The notes beneath the pieces are model-generated. The model saw only the letters and a program-made list of their open reading frames with translations, ran no database searches and was not told the origin of the DNA. Positions 18,100 through 28,141 of a stretch of DNA of 64,000 bases are shown piece by piece. This DNA comes from an uncultured Candidatus Pelagibacter sp. (lineage in GTDB: Bacteria; Pseudomonadota; Alphaproteobacteria; Pelagibacterales; Pelagibacteraceae): the NCBI GenBank assembly GCA_905618915.1, contig CAJQTI010000046.1, positions 7,441-71,440 on the forward strand, written 5' to 3'. The position numbers and the translations under genes were made by a program. How positions within the stretch are numbered: position 1 is the first letter of the stretch; the number at the start of each line of letters is the position of its first letter.

Positions 18100-18984
18100 A
18101 TGTGTGGAATTGTTGGCATCTATTTAAAAACTAAAAAATTTGAAAAAAATTTAGGAAAGATGCTGTCAGGTATGCTTAATAACATGGAATCTCGTGGACC
18201 AGACAGTGCTGGCTTTGCAATTTACAAAGATGAAAGTAAAAAAATATACAAGTTTTCTTTATGTATTAATGATTTAAATTTTAATAGCTTTAAGAAAGAA
18301 ATAACTAAAAAAATTAAAAAAGCTAAACTTACTCAAATCTCAGATCATGTAATTCTAAAAACTCTAGAGCAGCCAAAGAAAGTAATTGAAATAATTAATT
18401 CTAATTTTCCTAAAGTATCTATAGTTGGGTATGGTCGATCAATAGAAATATTTAAACAAGTTGGCAATCCTAAAGATGTAGTAAAAAAATTTAGATTAGA
18501 TAGTTTTAGTGGCACTCATGGAATAGGCCATACAAGAATGGCTACGGAAAGTGCAATAACTACTGATGGATCTCACCCCTACTCGACTGGTGAAGATGAG
18601 TGTTTGGTCCATAATGGATCATTATCAAATCATAATAATTTAAGAAGAGAGCTCACTAAAAAAGGTAACGTCTTTAACTCTGAAAATGATACTGAAGTTG
18701 CAGCAGGATATGTTTCTAACAGTTTATCAAATAATAAATCTTTAAAAGATACACTTACATCAGGTCTTAAAGATTTAGATGGTTTTTATACTTTTATTGC
18801 AGGAACTAGAAAAGGTTTTGCTGTTGTTAGGGATGAAATAGCATGTAAACCTGCAGTAATAGCAGAAACAAAAAACTATGTTGCAATAGCATCTGAATTT
18901 CAAGCAATGGCTCACTTACCAGATGTAAATAGTGCAAAAATTTTTGAACCAGAGCCTGGTATTGTTTACTCATGGGGAAATTAA
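18100..18984 (+). CDS. mgsA: N-methylglutamate synthase subunit A
   Basis: MCGIVG, RGPDSAG, GHTRMATES, HNGSLSN, NDTEV; mgsABC-gmaS order. Confidence 0.85.
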   Translation: MCGIVGIYLKTKKFEKNLGKMLSGMLNNMESRGPDSAGFAIYKDESKKIYKFSLCINDLNFNSFKKEITKKIKKAKLTQISDHVILKTLEQPKKVIEIINSNFPKVSIVGYGRSIEIFKQVGNPKDVVKKFRLDSFSGTHGIGHTRMATESAITTDGSHPYSTGEDECLVHNGSLSNHNNLRRELTKKGNVFNSENDTEVAAGYVSNSLSNNKSLKDTLTSGLKDLDGFYTFIAGTRKGFAVVRDEIACKPAVIAETKNYVAIASEFQAMAHLPDVNSAKIFEPEPGIVYSWGN

Positions 18985-19667
18985 TGAAATTAGATTTAAA
19001 GAAAAAAAAATTAAGAGAAATTAATAATACTTTACAAAATTTAGATAATAAAAAAAATGATAGAGACTTTGTAATTATAAATCCTGAGGGAAGCCATGCA
19101 TTATGTGCTGGGTTAAATCAGGAGATGAAAGTTTTAATCAAAGGCCATGTTGGCTATTATTGTGCAGGTATGAACCAAAAAGCACATGTAACAATAGATG
19201 GAAATGTTGGAACAGGTGTTGCTGAAAATATGATGTCTGGAACAGTACATGTTAAAGGTAATGCTTCACAATCTGCTGGCGCAACTGCTCATGGTGGATT
19301 ACTTGTAATTGATGGAGATGCTAGTTCAAGATGTGGTATTTCAATGAAAGGAGTTGATATTGTGGTTAAAGGTTCGGTTGGTCATATGTCTGCATTTATG
19401 GCTCAATCTGGAACAATGTTAGTTTGTGGTGATGCTGGTGAAGCTTTGGGTGATAGTCTTTATGAAACAGATATTTTTGTTAAAGGATCAGTTAAATCTT
19501 TAGGTGCGGATTGCATAGAAAAAAAAATGGAAAAGAAGCATTTAAATAAAATTTCAGCTCTTTTAAAAAAAAGTGAAATAAAAAATATTAAACCAGATAG
19601 TTTTAAGAGATATGGTTCGGCACGAAAACTTTATAACTTTAATATCGATAATGTATCAAGCTATTAA
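18972..19667 (+). CDS. mgsB: N-methylglutamate synthase subunit B
   Basis: GXGXG repeats, GYYCAGMN, YGSARKLYNF. Alternative start at 18984. Confidence 0.85.
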   Translation: MGKLMKLDLKKKKLREINNTLQNLDNKKNDRDFVIINPEGSHALCAGLNQEMKVLIKGHVGYYCAGMNQKAHVTIDGNVGTGVAENMMSGTVHVKGNASQSAGATAHGGLLVIDGDASSRCGISMKGVDIVVKGSVGHMSAFMAQSGTMLVCGDAGEALGDSLYETDIFVKGSVKSLGADCIEKKMEKKHLNKISALLKKSEIKNIKPDSFKRYGSARKLYNFNIDNVSSY

Positions 19668-19669
19668 TA

Positions 19670-20998
19670 ATGTCAGATAATAAAAAAACTCATCCTCGTA
19701 TATCATGGACTTTTGATGAGTATACAAATTCAGAAATAAGAAGAGCAGCAGCAACTGGAATTTATGATATTAGGGGTGGAGGTTCAAAAAGAAAACTTCC
19801 TCACTTTGATGATTTACTTTTTCTTGGTGCTTCAATGTCTAGATATCCTTTGGAAGGATATAGAGAAACATGTAATACAAAAGTAACTTTGGGAACACGT
19901 TATGCAAAAAAACCTTTGGAGTTAGATATTCCCATTACAATTGCTGGAATGAGTTTTGGTGCATTATCAGGAAGAGCTAAAGAAGCTTTAGGGCGTGGAG
20001 CAAGTATGGCTGGTACATCTACAACTACTGGTGATGGTGGGATGACGCCAGAAGAGAGAGGACAGTCTAAAAATTTAATCTATCAACTTTTACCTTCTAG
20101 ATATGGAATGAATCCTGATGACCTTAGAAAAGCAGATGCTATTGAAATTGTTATAGGACAAGGTGCTAAACCAGGTGGTGGTGGGATGTTATTAGGTCAA
20201 AAAATTAGTGATCGTGTTGCAGAAATGAGAACTTTACCCAAAGGTATAGATCAAAGGTCTGCATGTAGACATCCTGATTGGACAGGTCCTGATGATTTAA
20301 AAATTAAGATTTTAGAAATAAGAGAAATTACTGGTTGGAAAGTTCCAATATTTATTAAAGTTGCAGGGGCAAGACCATATTATGATACTGCTCTTGCTGT
20401 TAAAGCTGGGGCAGATGTTGTTGTTTTAGATGGAATGCAAGGTGGAACGGCCGCTACTCAAGAAGTGTTTATTGAAAATGTAGGTCAACCAACTTTAGCA
20501 TGTATTAGACCTGCCGTAGACGCACTTCAAGATTTAGACCAACATAGAAAAGTTCAGTTAATTATATCTGGTGGAATTAGAAATGGTGCAGATGTAGCTA
20601 AAGCAATGGCTCTTGGAGCAGATGCAGTTTCAATTGGTTCTGCCGCAATGATTGCTTTGGGAGACAATGATCCTAAGTGGGAGAAAGACTATAATAAATT
20701 AGGAACTACTGCAGGAGCTTACGATGATTGGCATGAGGGAAATGACCCAGCAGGAATTACAACTCAAAAACCTGAGCTAATGAAACGCTTTGATCCTATT
20801 GCTGGTGGACGACGTTTATCAAATTATTTAAAAGTAATGACACTTGAAGCTCAAACAATAGCTAGAGCCTCTGGTAAAAATGATTTACATAATTTAGAAC
20901 CTGAAGATTTATGTGCACTTACAGTTGAATCTGCTGCTATGGCAAGAGTTCCATTAGCAGGAACTAGCTGGATACCTGGAGTAAAAGATAAAAAATAG
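19670..20998 (+). CDS. mgsC: N-methylglutamate synthase subunit C (FMN-binding)
   Basis: SMSRYPLEGYRE, GQGAKPGGGG, RSACRHPDW, YDDWHEGNDPAG. Confidence 0.87.
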   Translation: MSDNKKTHPRISWTFDEYTNSEIRRAAATGIYDIRGGGSKRKLPHFDDLLFLGASMSRYPLEGYRETCNTKVTLGTRYAKKPLELDIPITIAGMSFGALSGRAKEALGRGASMAGTSTTTGDGGMTPEERGQSKNLIYQLLPSRYGMNPDDLRKADAIEIVIGQGAKPGGGGMLLGQKISDRVAEMRTLPKGIDQRSACRHPDWTGPDDLKIKILEIREITGWKVPIFIKVAGARPYYDTALAVKAGADVVVLDGMQGGTAATQEVFIENVGQPTLACIRPAVDALQDLDQHRKVQLIISGGIRNGADVAKAMALGADAVSIGSAAMIALGDNDPKWEKDYNKLGTTAGAYDDWHEGNDPAGITTQKPELMKRFDPIAGGRRLSNYLKVMTLEAQTIARASGKNDLHNLEPEDLCALTVESAAMARVPLAGTSWIPGVKDKK

Positions 20999-21000
20999 TA

Positions 21001-21029
21001 TTGTGAAGATTAATTAAGAGTTGTAAATT
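21001..21029 (+). promoter_or_regulatory. Candidate internal promoter for gmaS
   Basis: TTGTGA-17 nt-TAAATT with TG immediately upstream of the -10. Confidence 0.35.
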
Positions 21030-21041
21030 AAGAAATAAAAC

Positions 21042-22367
21042 ATGCCTAAAAATTTATCTAAAATTGCAAAAGCTAAAAAAATCAAATATTTTTTAATTAG
21101 TTTTGTGGACTTTTTTGGTGTCTTGAGATCAAAATTAGTTCCAGCACGGGCTATTGCTGATATGCAAAAAAATGGAGCTGGCTTTGCTGGATTTGCAACA
21201 TGGCTGGATATGTCTCCTGCAGATGGGGATATGTTTGCCCTGCCAGATCCTGACAGTTTAATTCAATTACCTTGGAACAAAGAAATTGGTTGGTTAGCTT
21301 CTGATTTATATATGTATGGTAAGCCAGTAAAGGCTTCACCTAGAGTAATGCTCAAAGAGCAAATCAATAAATTGAAAAAAAAGAATTTAGTCATGAAGTC
21401 AGGTGTAGAATGTGAATATTTTTTGATATCAGAAGATGGTAGCAAAATTGCGGACACTAGAGATACACAATCTAAACCTTGTTATGATCAGTCTGCTTTA
21501 ATGAGGAGATATGATTTAATCAAAGAAATATGTGATAGCATGATTGCCATGGGTTGGAACCCCTATCAAAATGACCATGAGGATGCTAATGGCCAGTATG
21601 AAATGAATTGGGATTATACAGATTGTTTAACTACAGCTGATAGGCATGTGTTTTTTAAATATATGGTTAAATCATTAGCTGAAAAACATGGTTTGAGAGC
21701 AACATTTATGCCAAAACCTTTTAGCAACTTAACAGGTAATGGTTGTCATGCTCACATTTCTTTATGGAATGGAAAGATTAATAAATTTCTAGATAATGGA
21801 GACAAATTAGGTTTGAGCAGATTAGCATATAATTTTCTAGGTGGAATTATAAAACTTACTCAGCCTTTGACCGCATTTTTTAATCCGACAATAAATAGTT
21901 ATAGAAGAATAAATGCACCACCAACAAAATCGGGTGCTACATGGTCGCCTAGTAGTATTTCTTATGCGGGAAACAATAGAACTCATATGATAAGAATTCC
22001 AGATAAAGGTAGATTTGAATTAAGGTTAATGGATGGAGCAGTAAATCCTTATTTACTTCAAGCTGGAGTAATAGCTGCTGGTTTACATGGAATAAATAAT
22101 AAAATAGATCCTGGTGAACCCTTATCTTGCAATATGTATACTGATCATAAAAATTACCCTAATCTAAAAAAATTACCTAACATAATTGAAGATGCATTGG
22201 ATCAATTAGAAAATAGTAAAGAAATTGAAGAAGCATTTGGTGGTGATACTATTAAAAGCTATCTAAAATTAAAAAGATCTGAAATTAAAGATTTTAATCA
22301 AGAAGAAAAGTTTGATAAAAAAAGCTCAGTAACTCACTGGGAAAAAAATAGCACTCTTGATTGTTAA
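21042..22367 (+). CDS. gmaS: Gamma-glutamylmethylamide synthetase
   Basis: GAGFAGFATWLD, KPCYDQSALMRRY, QNDHEDANGQYE, SGATWSP; follows mgsABC. Confidence 0.88.
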   Translation: MPKNLSKIAKAKKIKYFLISFVDFFGVLRSKLVPARAIADMQKNGAGFAGFATWLDMSPADGDMFALPDPDSLIQLPWNKEIGWLASDLYMYGKPVKASPRVMLKEQINKLKKKNLVMKSGVECEYFLISEDGSKIADTRDTQSKPCYDQSALMRRYDLIKEICDSMIAMGWNPYQNDHEDANGQYEMNWDYTDCLTTADRHVFFKYMVKSLAEKHGLRATFMPKPFSNLTGNGCHAHISLWNGKINKFLDNGDKLGLSRLAYNFLGGIIKLTQPLTAFFNPTINSYRRINAPPTKSGATWSPSSISYAGNNRTHMIRIPDKGRFELRLMDGAVNPYLLQAGVIAAGLHGINNKIDPGEPLSCNMYTDHKNYPNLKKLPNIIEDALDQLENSKEIEEAFGGDTIKSYLKLKRSEIKDFNQEEKFDKKSSVTHWEKNSTLDC

Positions 22368-22370
22368 TAA

Positions 22371-23513
22371 ATGAAATCAATCCTTGAGAAAGATCTTTGG
22401 TCTATTACATCATTTTTAGAAAATAAAGAGTATAATTTTAATAAGAAAAATATACTCACTCATTTACCAGAAAATTTTATAGATGAAGCGATAGAGACTA
22501 TATCTAGTTGGGATAATTATGCCCCCACTCCACTGATTAAGTTGAATAAATTAAATGATGAATTAAAATTCAAAAATATTTACTATAAAGATGAAGATAA
22601 AAGATTTGATCTTAAGTCATTTAAGGCATTAGGTGGAGCCTTTGCTGTTTACAAAATTGCAAATGAAAAAAAGAACATAACAGTTTCGACAGCTACAGCA
22701 GGAAATCATGGAAGGTCAGTTGCATGGGGTGCGCAAAGGTTAGGCTTAAAATGTAAAATTTTTATAAGTGAATTTGTTAGCGAGTCTAGAGCTGAGGCTA
22801 TGCGCAATCTTGATGCTGAAGTTATTAGAGTTAAAGGTAACTACGATAACTCATTAAAAGAATGCATAGAGCAATCAAATAAAAATAATTGGGAAATAGT
22901 CCAAGATGTTTCATGGGAGGGCTATAAAGAAGTTCCAAAATTAATAATGGCTGGATATACAATCATGGTCAAAGAAATTATTGATGAAATAGATAAAAAC
23001 TCTATCACACATGTTTTTCTTCAAGCGGGAGTTGGAGGAATGGCTTCGGCAATGATTGCAGGATTTGCAAAATTATCGGAAAATATTCCTCAATTTATTA
23101 TTATAGAACCAGAAAATGCTGATTGTGTTTTTCAAAGTATTAAGAATAACAAACCAACAACTGTTGATATTAAAAAAGAAACAGTGATGGGTGGTATGTC
23201 TTGTGGTGATGTATCAAGTATTGCCTGGGAGATTTTAAAAAATTCTGCAAACTATTGCTTAACTATACCAGATAAAGCAATCTCAACAGTTGTAGCACTT
23301 CTAGCAGAGTCTCGTTTGTCTGATAAAGAAATAATAGCTGGAGAATGTGCAGTTCCAGGAGTAATTGCGTTAATAGGCTCTTTTAATAATAAAGAGTACT
23401 TAGATAAGTTAAAACTAAATTCAGAATCAAACGTACTTTTATTTGGTTGTGAGGGTTTAACTGACAATGCAATGTATCAAAAACTTTTAAGTGATGGATT
23501 ACAAAAGATTTAA
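22371..23513 (+). CDS. Diaminopropionate ammonia-lyase-family PLP enzyme
   Basis: DEDKRFDLKSFKALGG (PLP Lys), GNHGRSVAW, QDVSWEGY, QAGVGG. Confidence 0.8.
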   Translation: MKSILEKDLWSITSFLENKEYNFNKKNILTHLPENFIDEAIETISSWDNYAPTPLIKLNKLNDELKFKNIYYKDEDKRFDLKSFKALGGAFAVYKIANEKKNITVSTATAGNHGRSVAWGAQRLGLKCKIFISEFVSESRAEAMRNLDAEVIRVKGNYDNSLKECIEQSNKNNWEIVQDVSWEGYKEVPKLIMAGYTIMVKEIIDEIDKNSITHVFLQAGVGGMASAMIAGFAKLSENIPQFIIIEPENADCVFQSIKNNKPTTVDIKKETVMGGMSCGDVSSIAWEILKNSANYCLTIPDKAISTVVALLAESRLSDKEIIAGECAVPGVIALIGSFNNKEYLDKLKLNSESNVLLFGCEGLTDNAMYQKLLSDGLQKI

Positions 23514-23519
23514 GTAAAT

Positions 23520-24941
23520 ATGACAAAAAAAGCGATTGTTTGGATAAGAGAGGATTTTAGAATTGAAGATAATGAAGCATTGGCTACCGCTACTCAAAAT
23601 CATGAGTTTGTAAATGTTCTTTATATTTATAACCCAAAAAATTTTGATAAAAAAAGAGAAGCTCAAAAATGGTGGATCTCTAAAGCTTTAGAAAATTTCA
23701 ATCTGGATTTAAAAAAGTTAAATATTACATTAGAAATTCAATTAGGTGATGAACTGGAAATATTTTCAAATTTAAAAAAGAAAGATGATGTTACTGTTTA
23801 TTGGAGTAAAGTGTATGAACCTGATGTAATTAATAAAGGTAAAAAAATAAGAGACCTATTCATTAAAAATGAAGTTCCATATAAATATTTTAAAGGAAAT
23901 ATTCTTGTAGAATTTCAAGAAATGACTAAAGACGATGGCACACCTTATAAAGTATTCACTCCTTTTTGGAAAAAAACTGAGCAACTTTATATCTCAAAAG
24001 TACCGTCTAAATTTATAAAAGTAAAATCAAAAGTAAAAAAAATAAGCATATTTAAAAAATCAATTTCTATAAAAGAAATTTTACCTAAAAAAGATTGGCA
24101 TAAAAAGTTTGAGAAATACTGGATACCATCTGAACAAGAAGCTAAAAAATATTTACAACAATTAATAAATAATAAAATCGAGGGCTATGGGGAAGCACGA
24201 GATATACCAGGTGTTAATGGAACCTCAAGATTATCTCCTTTTTTAAAATTTGGCCAAATACATGTGGAGGCAATTTGGAAAAAATGTGAAGAAATTAAAA
24301 TTAAAAAGATGGGATATAGAAAATATATTAATGAATTGGGATGGAGAGAGTTTTCTCATAGTTTAATTAATTACTTCCCACAAATGCTTAAAGGCAACCT
24401 TAGAAAAGATTTTGATAATTTTCCTTGGGTTAAAAATGATAAATTTCTTAAAGCTTGGAAAAAAGGTATGACAGGATATCCCATTGTTGATGCAGGGATG
24501 AGAGAACTTTATGAAACAGGATGGATGCACAATAGAGTTCGAATGATTGTTGCTTCTTTTCTTGTAAAGCATTTAAGAATTCATTGGAACGAGGGTGAAA
24601 AACATTTTAAAAATTGTTTGGTTGATTATAATGAAGCTAGTAACGTTGCCCAATGGCAATGGGTTGCAGGCTGTGGTGCCGATGCAGCTCCTTATTTTAG
24701 AATATTTAACCCTATTCTTCAGGGTGAAAAATTTGACAAAGATGGAATTTATACAAAGAAATGGGTTCCAGAACTTAAAAACATGCCTAATAAATTTTTA
24801 TATAAGCCATGGGAACTAGAAAACAAATACCAAGAGCAGATTAAAGTTATTGTAGGTGTAGATTATCCAAAACCAATTGTAGACCACACTGAAGCAAGAA
24901 ATGCTGCATTAGACGCTTTTAAAACAATTAAGAAAAGCTAA
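23520..24941 (+). CDS. phrB: Deoxyribodipyrimidine photolyase
   Basis: WIREDFRIEDN, SRLSPFLKFG, WREF, WMHNRVRM, WQWVAGCGADAAPYFRIFNP. Confidence 0.92.
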   Translation: MTKKAIVWIREDFRIEDNEALATATQNHEFVNVLYIYNPKNFDKKREAQKWWISKALENFNLDLKKLNITLEIQLGDELEIFSNLKKKDDVTVYWSKVYEPDVINKGKKIRDLFIKNEVPYKYFKGNILVEFQEMTKDDGTPYKVFTPFWKKTEQLYISKVPSKFIKVKSKVKKISIFKKSISIKEILPKKDWHKKFEKYWIPSEQEAKKYLQQLINNKIEGYGEARDIPGVNGTSRLSPFLKFGQIHVEAIWKKCEEIKIKKMGYRKYINELGWREFSHSLINYFPQMLKGNLRKDFDNFPWVKNDKFLKAWKKGMTGYPIVDAGMRELYETGWMHNRVRMIVASFLVKHLRIHWNEGEKHFKNCLVDYNEASNVAQWQWVAGCGADAAPYFRIFNPILQGEKFDKDGIYTKKWVPELKNMPNKFLYKPWELENKYQEQIKVIVGVDYPKPIVDHTEARNAALDAFKTIKKS

Positions 24942-25357
24942 TCACCTAAATAATGAAGAACAATCAATCTTTTTTGTTTCTCTATTCTATGCTCAAAAAG
25001 ATATAACCCCTGCCAAGTTCCAAGTAATAACTCATTGTTTTTAACACTCAAAGAGATTTGATTATTAGTTAACGAGGACTTAATGTGTGCGGGCATGTCA
25101 TCTTTTCCTTCAGCTGCATGGATATAAAGGGAATTATCCATTGGCACGAGCTTATTAAAAAAATTTATTAAGTCAGATTGAACATCTGGGTCTGCATTCT
25201 CTTGTATTATTAGTGAAGCACTAGTGTGTTGAATGCTTATATTGATAATTCCATTGTTAAATTCATTATCATTAACCCATTGATTTGTTTGGTTGGTAAA
25301 TTCATAAAAACTTTGACCATTTGTATCTAATTCTAAATTAAAAAATTCTTGTCTCAT
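24938..25357 (-). CDS. yjbQ: YjbQ family (UPF0047) protein
   Basis: HTSASL..ENADPDV, DDMPAHIKS, LGTWQGLYLFEHR. Confidence 0.9.
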   Translation of the reverse strand: MRQEFFNLELDTNGQSFYEFTNQTNQWVNDNEFNNGIINISIQHTSASLIIQENADPDVQSDLINFFNKLVPMDNSLYIHAAEGKDDMPAHIKSSLTNNQISLSVKNNELLLGTWQGLYLFEHRIEKQKRLIVLHYLGD

Positions 25358-26412
25358 AGCTTGTTATATTTGATAGATGTTAATTCATATAATCGACTAA
25401 TAGTTCTTTTAAATATTTTTTTTAAATCCTCCGAGGAACTTAATAAATCTAATTGTAATTGAGATGATATCATTAAAGGTATATTTTTTTCATAAAGAAT
25501 ATCAATTAGTGTAATAAATCTTTGTTGTTGATTAGAATTATCAATATTAAAAATAGGAATATTTTCTATAACGATAAAATTACACACTTCAGCTATTTTT
25601 ATATAATCCTCTGCTCCAATGTTTTTAGAACATAGTTCTTTAAAATCGAAACGTGCTATTCCATTAAAATAATTCTTAATAATAAACTTTCTACTTTTAA
25701 TAATTAAGGTCATTTCTTTGTTAGGAAGATTTTTTGTTATTTTTCTAAAAAACTTATTAAGTTTAAAATTTATTGTTTCATTTAATGGAAAAAAATATCT
25801 TTCATTTTTATTTTTTGAGGATTTTCTATAGTCTTCTTCAATTATTAACTTTGCTTGAAAGCATCTTTCTTTCATTATTTTAATAAAGGGAAGAAATTGA
25901 TCACGTTGCAATCCATCCTTGTAAAGATCTTTTAATTTAGCATTTGATGTAAATAAAACTTTTATATTCTCATCAAATATTTTTTTGAATAGGTTACCTA
26001 AAATCATAGCATCTACAATGTTGGTAACCTGAAACTCATCAAAATAAATTAACATAGATTTACTTTTTAATTTTTTAACAAATTTATCTATAATATTTTC
26101 TTTATTATTTTCTTTATTTTTAAAAACAAAATCATGAAAACTAATCATAAACTCATTAAAGTGAAATCTTTGTTTATTTTTATCAAAATTATTATAAAAA
26201 AAATTCAATATCATAGTTTTACCCACACCCACATCACCCTGTAAATAAAATCCTGTTTTAGAATTCTGTTTAGTAAATATTTTTTTTAAAAGTGATTTAT
26301 TGAAGTTCTGATTGTAAAATAAATTCAGCTCTTCTATTAGATCTTGTTGATTGGGGTTAATTTCTAAATTATTTTTTTTACAATAATTTAGAAATAATTT
26401 ATTTAAATTCAT
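25354..26412 (-). CDS. zapE: AFG1/ZapE-family ATPase
   Basis: GDVGVGKT, HFNEFM, FDEFQV, LYKDGLQR, RFITLID, RTISRL. Confidence 0.9.
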   Translation of the reverse strand: MNLNKLFLNYCKKNNLEINPNQQDLIEELNLFYNQNFNKSLLKKIFTKQNSKTGFYLQGDVGVGKTMILNFFYNNFDKNKQRFHFNEFMISFHDFVFKNKENNKENIIDKFVKKLKSKSMLIYFDEFQVTNIVDAMILGNLFKKIFDENIKVLFTSNAKLKDLYKDGLQRDQFLPFIKIMKERCFQAKLIIEEDYRKSSKNKNERYFFPLNETINFKLNKFFRKITKNLPNKEMTLIIKSRKFIIKNYFNGIARFDFKELCSKNIGAEDYIKIAEVCNFIVIENIPIFNIDNSNQQQRFITLIDILYEKNIPLMISSQLQLDLLSSSEDLKKIFKRTISRLYELTSIKYNKL

Positions 26413-26837
26413 TTTTTTTTTTTAAAATCTATACCATACTCTGACCTAGGCCCTTTTCTTAATCCAAATGGTCCAGATATAAATAGTGTAAGAGGTTTTG
26501 TTCCTGGTTTAAGATCAACTCTATGCAAATTATTTGCTGACCTAAAACTAATATATCCAGCTGGCCTCCAAAATCTTCCAGTATTTAATGTTTCCCAATA
26601 ACCACCCCTTAATATAATAGTTATATATGGAAATGTATGGTTATGGACACCTTCCCCATGATCATCAGCTAACATTTCATGTAATAGAATATTAAATGGA
26701 AACCATTTTGGTCTATGTCTTAATAAGACATAATATCTATTCATCCAGGGTTTGGCTTCTTTGAATTTGGGGTGAGAAGGTCCTCGATCTAAAACAACTT
26801 TTTTTCTACCTAATTTATCAAGTAACTTAAGAAACAT
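26409..26837 (-). CDS. Hypothetical cupin-like protein
   Basis: HNHTFPY..GGYWE and a later HRV, a cupin-type metal-ligand pattern. Confidence 0.6.
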   Translation of the reverse strand: MFLKLLDKLGRKKVVLDRGPSHPKFKEAKPWMNRYYVLLRHRPKWFPFNILLHEMLADDHGEGVHNHTFPYITIILRGGYWETLNTGRFWRPAGYISFRSANNLHRVDLKPGTKPLTLFISGPFGLRKGPRSEYGIDFKKKK

Positions 26838-26839
26838 TA

Positions 26840-28141
26840 CTAATTGAATTTAATAATAGAACCATTGCTTATTAAAAAAAGATTATTTTCATTGATAAAG
26901 GGCTGTAAAATTTTGCCTCCTGATATTTTTACTACATTCAAGATGTTAGCTTCGCTACTATTTACAATAATTAATTTTCCATCACTATTAGTTAAGTATA
27001 TTTTATTCAAAGCTATAAAAAAACCTGTTGGTTTTATCTGTTTTCTTTTTTTATCTTTATAATCTTTAAATAAATCATTAATTCTAATTATATTTCCCGA
27101 TTTTTTATCAATTACATATAAATATCCTTTTTCAGATATAGTTATTACAAGGTTGCCAATAATGACAGGTTTAAGGTCTGAACTAATTTCAGTTATCCAA
27201 TTAATTAATCCTGTTGTAGTATCAATAGAGTAAAATTCATTTTTATTATTAGAAAAGAATATTGTATTTTCATTGATCACCAATTCTGAATTTGATAATT
27301 GAAATGCATTTTGACTAATATTGTTATTTTGTGTGGGGAGCTGCCAAACAAGTTGCCCAGATTTTATATCTACTGCTGTGACATCACCAATAGAATTATT
27401 AAAATAAATATTTTTTTTATCAAGAACAATGGATATCTTTGTATTTGATTTTGTTAAAGATTCTTCAGTCTTTAAATTCCATATTTCCGATCCATCTTGT
27501 ACTGATATTGATCTTAGAATATTTTTATAATCAACCACATAAAAAAAATCATCTTTAATCTTAATGTTTGAATTAAAAGGAACTATATTTGTTTTTGTCC
27601 ATAATAGTTCGCCTGTATCAATATTAATTGCATAATATTTAGCCACATCATCTGTTACGATTAATATATTTTTTTTTACTGCAAAATTTAATCTTGGTTT
27701 AATTTTCTTTTCACTCTTATTGTAAAAATTATTTTCCCATAATATTTTTTGGTTTTCATCATAAAAAATTATTGTACCTTTGTTATCATAGAAAATTAAA
27801 TTTTTATTATAAAATAAAGGATTAGGACTTATGAAATCAAAATCATTAAATTTAGAAAAATTATATTTTCCAATTTTTTCTAAGACACCCTCATAAGCTA
27901 ACTCACCCATGTCATTTTGATTATTCAAGCTATTTTGATTAAACTTTCCAGTAGATATTTTAACGTAAAGATTTGGATTAAACTCCTCTTCAAGTCTTAC
28001 TTGTTTAGTTAAAATAGTTTTGGTATTTTCAATTTGTTTTTGATCTTTGTTATCTTTATCCCAAAAGCCTACTTTTTTACTTGCTGAACAGTTATTTAAA
28101 ATTAAGAGGATTAAGACTGATAATAGTACTTTATTCACCAA
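26840..28141 (-). CDS. PQQ-like beta-propeller lipoprotein (BamB-like)
   Basis: Lipobox-like LNNC; repeated D..TG..W blades; downstream of a YfgM-like gene. Confidence 0.75.
   Translation of the reverse strand: MVNKVLLSVLILLILNNCSASKKVGFWDKDNKDQKQIENTKTILTKQVRLEEEFNPNLYVKISTGKFNQNSLNNQNDMGELAYEGVLEKIGKYNFSKFNDFDFISPNPLFYNKNLIFYDNKGTIIFYDENQKILWENNFYNKSEKKIKPRLNFAVKKNILIVTDDVAKYYAINIDTGELLWTKTNIVPFNSNIKIKDDFFYVVDYKNILRSISVQDGSEIWNLKTEESLTKSNTKISIVLDKKNIYFNNSIGDVTAVDIKSGQLVWQLPTQNNNISQNAFQLSNSELVINENTIFFSNNKNEFYSIDTTTGLINWITEISSDLKPVIIGNLVITISEKGYLYVIDKKSGNIIRINDLFKDYKDKKRKQIKPTGFFIALNKIYLTNSDGKLIIVNSSEANILNVVKISGGKILQPFINENNLFLISNGSIIKFN

Noticed and set aside
12475-20998. Reading the glxBCD sets as fragmented or pseudogenised glutamate synthase (gltB)
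   Set aside because: Each piece is an intact ORF in the known three-subunit Mgs arrangement, and there is no gltD.
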